A stretch of 46,907 nucleotides of DNA from Candidatus Limnocylindria bacterium. Its GTDB lineage: Bacteria > Chloroflexota > Limnocylindria > QHBO01. Both the position numbers and the translations under genes were made by a program. Positions 15,636 to 24,435 of the stretch are shown piece by piece. Location: assembly GCA_036380155.1 (NCBI GenBank), contig DASVFG010000043.1:1-46907 (forward strand), written 5' to 3'. The notes under the pieces are model-generated. The model did not search any database and was not told the DNA's origin. It saw nothing but the letters and a program-made list of their open reading frames with translations. Each line of letters starts with the position of its first letter. The stretch's first letter is position 1.

Positions 15636-16981
15636 GTGAGCGTCACACCCATCTCGAGCGGGCCGGAATCGTCGATCGGCTGCGCCTGACGCCGCTGTTC
15701 GGCGGCCTGCCGGACGACCAGCTCAACCGCCTCGTCGACACGGGCGAGATCGTCGACCTCGCCGCCGGTGACGCGCTCATCGTCGAGGGTGACGTGGCCG
15801 ATGCGCTCTATGTCGTGCTCGAGGGGGAGCTCGACGTCACGAAGCGCGCGGATCGCGCCGACATCCCGCTCGCGCGCGTCGGTCCCGGCAGCCTGCAGGG
15901 CGAGATCGCCGCGCTCGAGGGCGGCCGGCGCCTGGCGACCGTGCGCGCCGCCACCGCGGCGGAGGTGCTGCGCATCCCGATCGGCGCCGTCCGCGCCCTG
16001 CTCAGTGCCGGCCCGGACGTTGCCCTCGCCGTCATCCGCACCGCTGTCTCGCGCCTGCGCCAGATGGAGTCCACGCTCCGGGAGCGGGAGAAGCTCGCCG
16101 CGCTCGGCACACTGTCGGCCGGCCTCGCCCACGAGCTGAACAACCCCGCGGCCGCCGCGCTCCGCGCAACCGAGGCGCTCGGGCGAGCGGTCGCGGCCGC
16201 CGAGTCGAGCCCTCGACCCGTGCCGCCGCCGCAACCGCCGTCGGATGGCCGGCCGCTGACCGCCCTCGAGCGATCGGATCGCCTGGACGAGCTGGCCGCC
16301 CTCGTCCCGGGTCCCGACGAGGCCGCCGCGCTCGCCGATGCCGGCTGGACGGCGGAGGCGCTCGCCGCGCACCCGCCCGAGGTCCGCACGTGGCTGGCCG
16401 CGAACGCATCGGTCCACCAGCTGCTCGGGGAGCTCGAGATGGCGGTCGGCCGGATGAGCGAGATCGTCGGGGCAGTGAAGGGCTACGCGTACCTCGACCA
16501 GGCGCCGATGCAGCGCGTCGACGTGCGCATCGGCCTCGAGCAGACCCTCGTCATCCTCCGCCATCGGCTGCGCGAGAACGGGGTCACCGTCGAGCGCGAG
16601 CTCGACGAGGACATCCCCGAGGTCGAGGTCCGCGGCTCCGAGCTCAACCAGGTCTGGACGAACCTCGTCGACAACGCGATCGACGCGATGGACGGTCGAG
16701 GAACCCTGCTCGTGCGCGCCGAGCCGGACCCGGACGGCGACGGGGTGCGCGTCACGATCGGCAACAGCGGCCCCGGGATCCCGGATGACATCCGGGGGCG
16801 CCTGTTCGAGCCGTTCGCGACGACGAAGCCGCCCGGCAAGGGAACCGGGCTCGGCCTCCATATCGTGCACACCGTGGTGACCGGGCATGGCGGCCGGATC
16901 GACGTCGAGCGCGAGGGTGACCGGACCCTGTTCGTCGTCAGCCTGCCACGGACGCTGCCGGAGGATCGGCGCCGTCGGTAG
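15632..16981 (+). CDS. cytoplasmic histidine kinase with N-terminal cyclic-nucleotide-binding domain
   Basis: The GTG start at 15632 overlaps the upstream stop (GTGA). The cNMP domain has the phosphate-binding cassette GEIAALEGGRRLATVRA. H-box LAHELNNP, N-box NLVDNAIDAM, G-boxes NSGPGIP and GKGTGLGL. No TM segments. Confidence 0.85.
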   Translation: MSERHTHLERAGIVDRLRLTPLFGGLPDDQLNRLVDTGEIVDLAAGDALIVEGDVADALYVVLEGELDVTKRADRADIPLARVGPGSLQGEIAALEGGRRLATVRAATAAEVLRIPIGAVRALLSAGPDVALAVIRTAVSRLRQMESTLREREKLAALGTLSAGLAHELNNPAAAALRATEALGRAVAAAESSPRPVPPPQPPSDGRPLTALERSDRLDELAALVPGPDEAAALADAGWTAEALAAHPPEVRTWLAANASVHQLLGELEMAVGRMSEIVGAVKGYAYLDQAPMQRVDVRIGLEQTLVILRHRLRENGVTVERELDEDIPEVEVRGSELNQVWTNLVDNAIDAMDGRGTLLVRAEPDPDGDGVRVTIGNSGPGIPDDIRGRLFEPFATTKPPGKGTGLGLHIVHTVVTGHGGRIDVEREGDRTLFVVSLPRTLPEDRRRR

Positions 16982-17041
16982 CAACCTCAGCCATCCGCCA
17001 TCCGCCCCCTGACGGGCGCGGCACATCGCCACCGGCCAGCT

Positions 17042-17965
17042 TCAGGCCAGGTTCTGCTGACCCTCGGGATCCGATCGGCCAGGCACCCGGAGGGTCGTCA
17101 TCAGCAGGCCGGCGATGATCAATCCGACGCCGACGAGCTGCATCCCCGACGGCTCCTCCGCGAGCAGCCACATCCCGAGCAGGACCGAGCCGACGGGCTG
17201 AATGGTGAGGACGACCGAAGTGATCGCTGCCGGGAGGCGGGGCAGGGACAGGCTGATGAGGAGCCAGCCCATGACCTGGACGCCGATGGCGAGCAGCAGC
17301 AGCCAGCCGTGGGCCGGCCACGAAGGGACGAGGTTCACCTCGCCCAGCGGCAGACCGATGAGGAGCGAGACGAGCGTCGCCGAGATTGTGGCATCCAGCA
17401 GGGGGCCCGCCGGGCGGCGGAGGTCGGCGTTCGCGCCGCGCTGGATGAGGATGAAGCCGGCATAGGCGATGCCGGTTCCGATCCCGAACAGCACGCCGAG
17501 CACCGGATCCCGGCCGAATGCCTCGCCACCCAGGACGCCGGAGATGAGCACGACGCCGACGAGAACGATCGGGACCGACACGGCGACCCGTCCGCCGGGC
17601 TTCTCGCCGAGGAACAGCCACGCGGCCAGCGGCACCACCACGACCTGGGTGTTCCCGAGGACCGTCGCCAGCCCCGCGCCAACCTGTCCGATGGCGTGGT
17701 GCCACAGCACGAGGTCGACGGCGAAGAAGGCGCCGGCGATCCAGGCGAGCCGTGCCTGCCCGGCCGCCCGCGGCCCGTAGCGACGCCGCTCGTCCCAGGC
17801 GAGGACGGCGAGGATCGGGATCGCGTACGCGCAGCGGAAGATCGCCGCGGTGGCCGGTGAGACGTCGGCGAGGCGGACGAAGATGGCGCTGAAGGCGATC
17901 GTCAGCGCGCCGAGCACGGCAGCGAGCACGGGTCGGTCGGCAAGGGCGGCGGCGGCTCGGCGCAT
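17042..17965 (-). CDS. DMT superfamily (EamA-like) transporter
   Basis: 10-TM pattern with duplicated EamA halves. I chose the start at ATG 17965 (MRRAAAAL..). ATG 18022 is an alternative. Confidence 0.8.
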   Translation of the reverse strand: MRRAAAALADRPVLAAVLGALTIAFSAIFVRLADVSPATAAIFRCAYAIPILAVLAWDERRRYGPRAAGQARLAWIAGAFFAVDLVLWHHAIGQVGAGLATVLGNTQVVVVPLAAWLFLGEKPGGRVAVSVPIVLVGVVLISGVLGGEAFGRDPVLGVLFGIGTGIAYAGFILIQRGANADLRRPAGPLLDATISATLVSLLIGLPLGEVNLVPSWPAHGWLLLLAIGVQVMGWLLISLSLPRLPAAITSVVLTIQPVGSVLLGMWLLAEEPSGMQLVGVGLIIAGLLMTTLRVPGRSDPEGQQNLA

Positions 17966-18019
17966 TCGGGCCGAAGGGTAGCGGGCGGCGACGTCTTGCG
18001 CTGGCGGCGGCCTCGGGGC

Positions 18020-18025
18020 CACACT
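18020..18025 (+). promoter_or_regulatory. candidate -10-like element CACACT upstream of the cyclase-STAND gene
   Basis: CACACTCG lies 8 nt before ATG 18034 and shares the ACACTCG core with the 13970 and 25508 elements. There is no SD sequence. Confidence 0.25.
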
Positions 18026-18033
18026 CGCGGACG

Positions 18034-20688
18034 ATGCCCGAGCTACCGATCGGCACGGTCACCTTCCTGTTCAGCGACATCGAGGGCTCGACGCGCCTGC
18101 TCCAGGGGCAGGGCGACGCATGGCCCGAGCTCCTCGCGCGGCACCAGGCGATCCTGCGCGCCGCGTTCGCCGCGAACGGCGGCGTCGAGGTCAGCACCGA
18201 AGGCGACTCCTTCTTCGCCGCCTTCGCGTCAGCGCCCGCGGCGGTGGCCGCGGCGCTCGACCTCCAGCGCGCGCTCGCGACCGAGGCATGGCCCGAGGGC
18301 GCGGAGATCAAGGTGCGGGTCGGCATGCACACCGGCGACGGGACCCTGGCCGACGGCACCTATGTCGGGATCGACGTCCATCGCGCCAGCCGCATCGCCG
18401 GTGTCAGCCACGGTGGACAGGTCCTCGTGAGCGACGCGACGCGCGCCCTCGTGGTCCAGGCGCTCCCCGAGGGCGCATCGCTGCGCGACCTCGGCGCGCA
18501 TCGGCTCCGCGACCTCGACGAGCCGGAGCAGCTCTGGCAGCTCGTCGCGCCCGGGCTGGCCGACGCGTTCGCGCCGATCACCGGGGTCGATGTCACCCCG
18601 AACAACCTGCCGAGGCGCGTGACCACGTTCCTCGGACGGGAGCGCGAGATCGCCGAGGCGTCCGCGCTGCTCGCCACGAGCCGCCTGCTGACCTTCACCG
18701 GTCCGGGCGGGACCGGGAAGACGCGCCTCTCCCTGGAGGTCGCGTCGCGAGCCCTGCACACGCACGACGCGGTGTACTTCGTCGAGCTCGGCACGATCAC
18801 GGAGCCGGAGCTCGTCGCCGCCAGCATCGGCCAGGCGCTCGGGCTGCCGGATCGCGGCGGCCGGACGGCCGAGGAGCGCATCGTCGACCACGTCGGCTCC
18901 CGTCGCGTGCTCCTCGTCCTCGACAACTTCGAGCAGGTCATCGGCGCGGCGCCGGTCGTCAGCCGGCTGCTCGCCGCGGCGTCGACGCTCACCGTGCTCG
19001 TCAGCAGCCGGAGCGTGCTCCGGATCTCCGGTGAGCAGGAGTACGCCGTGCCGCCGCTCGCGGTGCCCGACCCTGCCCGCCTCCCGCCGTTCGCCCAGCT
19101 CTCGCAGTTCGCGTCGGTGGCGCTGTTCATCGAACGCGCGCGGGCGGTGAAGCCGGACTTCACGGTCACGAACGAGAACGCGCCGGCCGTGGCCGAGATC
19201 TGCGTCCGGCTCGACGGCCTGCCGCTGGCGATCGAGCTCGCCGCCGCGCGGGTCCGGGTCCTCACGCCGCAGGCCATGCTCGGCCGGCTCGAGCATCGGC
19301 TCAGCCTGCTGTCGAGCGGCGCCCGCGACCTTCCCGAGCGGCAGCAGACGCTCCGTGGGGCGATCGCCTGGAGCCACGAGATGCTCGAGGAGCCGGACCG
19401 CGCACTCTTCGCCTGCCTCTCGGTGTTCGTCGGCGGCGCGGGCATCGAGGACGTCGAGCGGGTCTGCGCCGGGGCGGTGGACGGCGATCCGCTCGACGCG
19501 CTGGACTCCCTGGTCGAGAAGAGCCTGCTTCGCCAGCGCGAGGGCCACGCCGGCGAGCCGCGCTTCGCCATGCTCGAGACGATCCGCGAGTTCGCGTGGG
19601 AGCAGGCGGCGGAGCGCGGCACGCTCGACGCCCTCCGCGATCGTCACCTCGAGCTCGTCGTCGACTCGGCGGCACGCGCGACCGGCCACCTCATGGGCTC
19701 CGACAAGCGGGGCTGGCTCGATCGGCTCGAGGAGGACCACGACAACATCCGCGCCGCCTTCGCCCGCGCCGTGGAGACGAATCGTGCCGAGGTCGCGCTG
19801 CGCCTGGGTGCCTCGCTGTGGCGGTTCTGGCAGATGCGCGGGTTCCTCGCCGAGGGTCTCGACCGCCTCTCGACGGCGCTGGCGATGCCGCACGCGGCGG
19901 ATCACCCCGAGGCGCGCGCCGACGCGCTCTCGGCGGCCGCAGGGCTCGCGTACTGGATCGCCAACGACGCGCGCTCACGGACGTACTACGAGGAGGAGAT
20001 CGAGGCTCGCCGAGCGATGGGAGATCGACGAGGGCTCGCCGAGGCCCTCTACGGCATCTCGTTCACGTACTCGATCCGGGATGTGACGGACGGCGGCGTC
20101 GACGATCGGGCGGCGGCCTACGTCCACGAGGCGCTCGCCATCTTCGAGGAGCTCGGCGACGAGGGCGGCGTCGGGCGCTCCCAATGGGCGCTGGCGAATG
20201 CCGCGTACGGCCGGGGCGACGTCGACGAGGCGCGGACGCGCGGCCACATCGCGCTCGAGATCCTCGAGCGGCTCGACGACCGGTTCCTCGTCGGCTGGGT
20301 CACCTACACCCTCGCGCTCGGCGACCTCTCCGACGAGCGCGTCCTCGAGGGCGGCAACGCCCCGGAGCTCCTCGCCTCGGCACGCGGCTGGCTCGACCGC
20401 TCGCTTCGGATCTTCGCCGAGGCGCAGGACGTGAGTGGCTACACGCTCGTGCTCGACGGGATGGCGCTCGTCGCCTGGCGCTCGGGTGACCTCCGGCGAG
20501 CGGCGTTGCTGTCGGGGGCGGTGGAGAGCTTCGAGCGGACCAGCGGGACCGGCCTCAACCTGTGGAACCGGTCGATCCTCGGCTTCGAGCCCGATCGGCT
20601 GCGCGACGACCCGGAGCTCGCCGACGCCTGGGCGGAGGGCGCCGCCCTCGACGCCAACGAGGCCGTCCGACGCGCACTCGAAGAATGA
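18034..20688 (+). CDS. class III nucleotidyl cyclase domain fused to STAND P-loop NTPase and TPR repeats
   Basis: N-terminal cyclase motifs: TFLFSDIEGST, EGDSFFAAF, RVGMHTGDG, HRASRI. P-loop FTGPGGTGKT at nt 18700-18723, with Walker B LLVLDNFE. The C-terminal ~350 aa are TPR-like repeats. I saw no HTH at the C-terminus. Confidence 0.88.
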   Translation: MPELPIGTVTFLFSDIEGSTRLLQGQGDAWPELLARHQAILRAAFAANGGVEVSTEGDSFFAAFASAPAAVAAALDLQRALATEAWPEGAEIKVRVGMHTGDGTLADGTYVGIDVHRASRIAGVSHGGQVLVSDATRALVVQALPEGASLRDLGAHRLRDLDEPEQLWQLVAPGLADAFAPITGVDVTPNNLPRRVTTFLGREREIAEASALLATSRLLTFTGPGGTGKTRLSLEVASRALHTHDAVYFVELGTITEPELVAASIGQALGLPDRGGRTAEERIVDHVGSRRVLLVLDNFEQVIGAAPVVSRLLAAASTLTVLVSSRSVLRISGEQEYAVPPLAVPDPARLPPFAQLSQFASVALFIERARAVKPDFTVTNENAPAVAEICVRLDGLPLAIELAAARVRVLTPQAMLGRLEHRLSLLSSGARDLPERQQTLRGAIAWSHEMLEEPDRALFACLSVFVGGAGIEDVERVCAGAVDGDPLDALDSLVEKSLLRQREGHAGEPRFAMLETIREFAWEQAAERGTLDALRDRHLELVVDSAARATGHLMGSDKRGWLDRLEEDHDNIRAAFARAVETNRAEVALRLGASLWRFWQMRGFLAEGLDRLSTALAMPHAADHPEARADALSAAAGLAYWIANDARSRTYYEEEIEARRAMGDRRGLAEALYGISFTYSIRDVTDGGVDDRAAAYVHEALAIFEELGDEGGVGRSQWALANAAYGRGDVDEARTRGHIALEILERLDDRFLVGWVTYTLALGDLSDERVLEGGNAPELLASARGWLDRSLRIFAEAQDVSGYTLVLDGMALVAWRSGDLRRAALLSGAVESFERTSGTGLNLWNRSILGFEPDRLRDDPELADAWAEGAALDANEAVRRALEE

Positions 20689-20721
20689 GACCGGCGGGTC
20701 ACGCCGGCGTCGGCGCGACCG

Positions 20722-21525
20722 TCAGGACGGCGCGGCGAGGTCCCGGCGCGGAAACACGATGAGCGCGTAGACGATCGGCACGACGGCGGCGATCGCGAGG
20801 ATCACGAGGTCGGTCGGGTCGAGGTCGCCGGCGAGGATCTCGGTCGGCTGGAAGTGGTGGAACAGGGAGTACTCCTGCGTCCACGCCACGTCGCGCCACA
20901 GCGACCCGAGAATCTCGAGGAAGTAGTTGAGGATCAGGTAGGCGAGCGACACGCCGATGGCCGGCCCGGTGCGGTCGAACGTGACCGACGCGGCCATGCC
21001 GAACGTGGCGAACGCGGCCCACAGCAGGAACCCGTTCAGCAGCACGAGCGGCATCTGCTCGAGCGGCAGATCGTCGAGGACGTTCTGGATCGCCGCACCG
21101 GCGATGAAGCCCGCGAGCAGGGCCGCGAGGACCGCGAGCACGACGAGCAGCAGGGCGACGAGGACGGTCACGTAGACGCCCCGCCGCCCGAGCGGCCGAG
21201 CGAGCAGGACTTCGAGCGTGCCCCGCTGCCGTTCGCCGGCGATGGCGGTCGACGTGGCGCCCACCGCGAAGATGGCGAGCATCGAGATTGCCAGCGGGTG
21301 CTGGGTGCCGAGCGTGACGGCGCCGGGGAGCGAGAAGAGCGATCCCGAGCCGAAGTTCATGAGCTCCTCGGGGAAGACGCCGGAGTTGGCCAGGTCGCGG
21401 AACGTGTCCGAAAAGGCGGCGTACACCACGGGGATGAGGACGCCCCAGCCGAAGATCGCGAGCGACACGATGATCCAGCGCGTCCGCTGCCAGGCGAGCG
21501 TCCGTGAGAAGAGCGGTCCGCTCAT
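20722..21525 (-). CDS. ABC-2 type transporter permease
   Basis: 267 aa, 6 predicted TM. The start overlaps the stop of the upstream ATPase gene (ATGA at 21522-21525). Confidence 0.75.
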   Translation of the reverse strand: MSGPLFSRTLAWQRTRWIIVSLAIFGWGVLIPVVYAAFSDTFRDLANSGVFPEELMNFGSGSLFSLPGAVTLGTQHPLAISMLAIFAVGATSTAIAGERQRGTLEVLLARPLGRRGVYVTVLVALLLVVLAVLAALLAGFIAGAAIQNVLDDLPLEQMPLVLLNGFLLWAAFATFGMAASVTFDRTGPAIGVSLAYLILNYFLEILGSLWRDVAWTQEYSLFHHFQPTEILAGDLDPTDLVILAIAAVVPIVYALIVFPRRDLAAPS

Positions 21526-22493
21526 CCGCCTGCCTCCGCCTGGGTCGCCGCCGGCACGGCCGCCTCGTCCGAGGGGGGTGAGATGGCAGCGTCATCGGCG
21601 TAGTACTCGAGGAACGCCTCCTCCAGGCTGGCCGGCTCGATGGTGAGATCCTCGAGTGACGGCGACGCCACGGCGCGGACGAAGGCCGCCACGTCGCCGC
21701 TGAGCGTGCCGAACAGCCGGTCCCCGTCCACCGTGACGTCCTCCAGGCCGGGCAGCGAGTCTGGGTCCGGCGCCGCGCCCCGCCACTGGATGGCGACCTT
21801 GCGCCGGCGTCGCGCGAGGAGCTCACGGACCTCGTGGACCGCCATGAGCCGCCCGTGCCGGATGATGCCGACGCGGTCGCAGACCCGTTCGACCTCGGAG
21901 AGGACGTGGCTCGAGAAGAAGATCGTGCGGCCCTCGGCGCGGAGGTCGGCGAGGATGCCGTAGAAGGCGTGCTGCATGAGCGGGTCGAGGCCCTCGGTCG
22001 GCTCATCGAGGATCGCGAGCTCGGGGTCGTGCTGGAGCGCCTGGATGACGCCGATCTTCTGCCGCATGCCACGCGAGTAGTCGCGCACGCGACGCCGGAG
22101 ATCGACCTGCGGCATCTGGAGTCGCTCGACGAGCTCGTCGCGCCGGTACGCCTCACGGCCCTGGAGTCGAGCGAAGTACTCGAGCACCTGCTCGCCGGTC
22201 ATCGAGTCATAGAGCGCGACGCCGCCGGGCAGGTAGCCGGTGAGGCCGCGAATCGCGACCGACTCGCGGACGATGTCCATGCCGAGCACCGTCGCTGAGC
22301 CCGACGTGGGATGGAGGAACCCGAGGAGCGTGCGGATCATCGTCGACTTGCCGGCGCCGTTCGGGCCGAGGAAGCCGAAGATCTCGCCCGGCCGCACGTC
22401 GAGCGTGAGGCCCTCGAGGGCGGCAACGGCACCGCCGTAGTGCTTCGTCAGCTCCCGGGTGCTGATGACGGCGTTGGTGCCTGATGCCTCCAC
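21522..22493 (-). CDS. ABC transporter ATP-binding protein (ABC-2 exporter type)
   Basis: GTG start at 22493 (VEASGTNAVISTRELTKHYGG). Walker A GPNGAGKST, signature YSRGMRQK, Walker B LAILDEPTEGLD, and a C-terminal extra domain. Confidence 0.88.
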   Translation of the reverse strand: MEASGTNAVISTRELTKHYGGAVAALEGLTLDVRPGEIFGFLGPNGAGKSTMIRTLLGFLHPTSGSATVLGMDIVRESVAIRGLTGYLPGGVALYDSMTGEQVLEYFARLQGREAYRRDELVERLQMPQVDLRRRVRDYSRGMRQKIGVIQALQHDPELAILDEPTEGLDPLMQHAFYGILADLRAEGRTIFFSSHVLSEVERVCDRVGIIRHGRLMAVHEVRELLARRRRKVAIQWRGAAPDPDSLPGLEDVTVDGDRLFGTLSGDVAAFVRAVASPSLEDLTIEPASLEEAFLEYYADDAAISPPSDEAAVPAATQAEAGG

Positions 22494-22533
22494 GCGGGCA
22501 GCGTAGCACCGGTCCGGTCGCGGGGCGCGGCGG

Positions 22534-23088
22534 TCAGGCGGGGCGTTCGGCGAGCGCATCGGCGAAGCGCTCGAAGGTCTCCTCGCTGAAGAGGACAAAG
22601 CGGACGAGGCCGATGCCGGTCGGCGCGCGCAGGTGCTCGATGACGGTGTCGAGCGCGATCCGCGCCGCGGGGTGCGGGGGATAGCCGTAGATCCCCATGC
22701 TGATGGCCGGGAAGGCGATCGACGTGGCGCCAAGCTCGTCGGCGAGGACCAGGCAGGACCGATAGGCGGCGGCCAGCAGCTCGGCCTCGCCGTTCGTTCC
22801 GCCCTGCCAGATCGGCCCGACCGCGTGGAGTACCCACCGCGCCGGAAGGTCGTGGGCGGCGGTCGCGACCGCCGTCCCGGTCGGCGTCCCGTCGGGGTGG
22901 CGTTGGCGCAGCTCGGCGAGGAGGCCCGGACCGGCCGCTCGGTGGATGGCGCCGTCGACGCCGCCGCCACCGCGCAGCGCGCCGTTCGCCGCGTTCGCGA
23001 TCGCGTCTACGTGCTGCTCGGTGATGTCGCCGAGGACGAGCTCCAGCCGAGCCTGCCCGATGGCGACGGAGGTCTCCATCACGGACAT
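22534..23088 (-). CDS. macro domain protein (O-acetyl-ADP-ribose deacetylase / ADP-ribosylhydrolase, MacroD/YmdB-like)
   Basis: LGDITEQHVDAIANAAN ... GGGGVDGAIHRAAG ... IAFPAISMGIYGYP. 184 aa. Confidence 0.88.
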   Translation of the reverse strand: MSVMETSVAIGQARLELVLGDITEQHVDAIANAANGALRGGGGVDGAIHRAAGPGLLAELRQRHPDGTPTGTAVATAAHDLPARWVLHAVGPIWQGGTNGEAELLAAAYRSCLVLADELGATSIAFPAISMGIYGYPPHPAARIALDTVIEHLRAPTGIGLVRFVLFSEETFERFADALAERPA

Positions 23089-23106
23089 GACGGTAGCGCA
23101 GTGGCG

Positions 23107-24435
23107 CTAGCGGGCGACCCGTGCGGCGCGAAGGATCGTGCGCAGACCGACGCGCTGGCCATACATCAGGACGCCGGCGCTGTAGATGCGCGACGCGAGC
23201 CAGATGGCACCGACCACGGCGGCGACGAGGAGCGCGATGGCCAGCCCGATCTCCGCGGCCGACGGCGAGGTGAGCAGCATGCGCGCCGGCATGAGGTACG
23301 GGCTGAAGAACGGCACGACCGAGAGCGCCTGCACCCAGCCCGCATCGGGGTCGTTGAGGCCGGTGAACGCGGCGAAGTAGCCGCCCATGGCGAGGAAGAT
23401 GAGCGGGCCGACCGCCTGCTGGACGTCCTCGATGCGGCTGACCATCGAGCCCGCGGCGGCGTAGAGCGTGGCGTACAGCAGGAAGCCGAGCAGGAAGAAC
23501 GCGGCGAACGTGACGATCGTGACCGGGCCGATGGTGGGCAGCGAGAACGGCAGGTCGCCGGACGCACCGAGCGCATCGGCTGCCGGACCGCTCGCCACGA
23601 GGCCGATGACGAGCGCAGCGATGATCACGACGTACTGGGTCAGCCCGGCCGCGCCGGCGCCGAGCACCTTGCCGGTGAGCAGCTGACGCGGCGTGGCGGC
23701 GGTGATGAGCAGCTCCATGACGCGGCCCGACTTCTCCTCCGCGACGCTCTGCGCGACCCAGTTGCCGTACGTGAGGATCGCCATGAACGTGAGGATCACC
23801 ACCGCGTAGGCGAGGATGAAGCCACCGGCGAAGTCCTCCGGGTCGCGCGCGTCGGACGGATCGGCGGCGGTGACCTCGAAGGGGATCGTGGCGAACACCG
23901 CCTGCTGCTGCGCCGGGGTCACGCCCTCCCGCTCGAGCCGATCGGCGATGGCGATCGACGATGCCGCGGCCTGTACGAGCGCCCGCGTCTGGCTGGTGGG
24001 ACCGGCCGAGGTGATGTACTCGAACCCGAGCTCGCCCTCGGCGTCGCGGCTGATGACGAGGACGCCGTCGAGGTCGCCGGCGCGTACCGCATCGGCCGCC
24101 GCATCGGGGTCGTCGGTGGGCGTGACCCGCGGTCGCTCGTCGGCTGGCAGCTCGTCCGGCGTCTCGCCGTCGATGGCGGCGCCCGGATCGGCCCCGGCGA
24201 TGAGAGCGGCCTGGAGGGTAAGAATCGGGTCGGGCTGGATGTCGCCCGCTTCGTTCGCGACCGCGATGTGCGGCGGGTCGGCAACGCCGAGCGCACCGAG
24301 GATGGTGGGCACGAGGGTGATCGCCACGATGGCGATCGCGAGGAGCGCGGTCGTGACCTTGAACGCCCGGCCGCGAACGCGGAAGAGGTACTCGCGCCGC
24401 GCGACGTGAAGCGCGTTCGGAAACACGTCCCTCAT
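23107..24435 (-). CDS. ABC-2 family permease (NatB/YhaP-like, large extracytoplasmic loop)
   Basis: Starts at ATG 24435 (MRDVFPNALHVARREY..) with an ATGA overlap onto the upstream ATPase stop. One N-terminal TM, a ~170-aa loop, then 5 C-terminal TM segments. Confidence 0.8.
   Translation of the reverse strand: MRDVFPNALHVARREYLFRVRGRAFKVTTALLAIAIVAITLVPTILGALGVADPPHIAVANEAGDIQPDPILTLQAALIAGADPGAAIDGETPDELPADERPRVTPTDDPDAAADAVRAGDLDGVLVISRDAEGELGFEYITSAGPTSQTRALVQAAASSIAIADRLEREGVTPAQQQAVFATIPFEVTAADPSDARDPEDFAGGFILAYAVVILTFMAILTYGNWVAQSVAEEKSGRVMELLITAATPRQLLTGKVLGAGAAGLTQYVVIIAALVIGLVASGPAADALGASGDLPFSLPTIGPVTIVTFAAFFLLGFLLYATLYAAAGSMVSRIEDVQQAVGPLIFLAMGGYFAAFTGLNDPDAGWVQALSVVPFFSPYLMPARMLLTSPSAAEIGLAIALLVAAVVGAIWLASRIYSAGVLMYGQRVGLRTILRAARVAR

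Noticed and set aside
18034-20688. Anti-phage system (Pycsar cyclase or Avs-type STAND)
   Set aside because: There is no adjacent cNMP-activated TM/TIR effector, no nuclease or protease effector domain, and no mobile or defence-island context. The only cNMP receptor nearby is a histidine kinase, which points to regulation rather than abortive infection. This cannot be excluded without searches.
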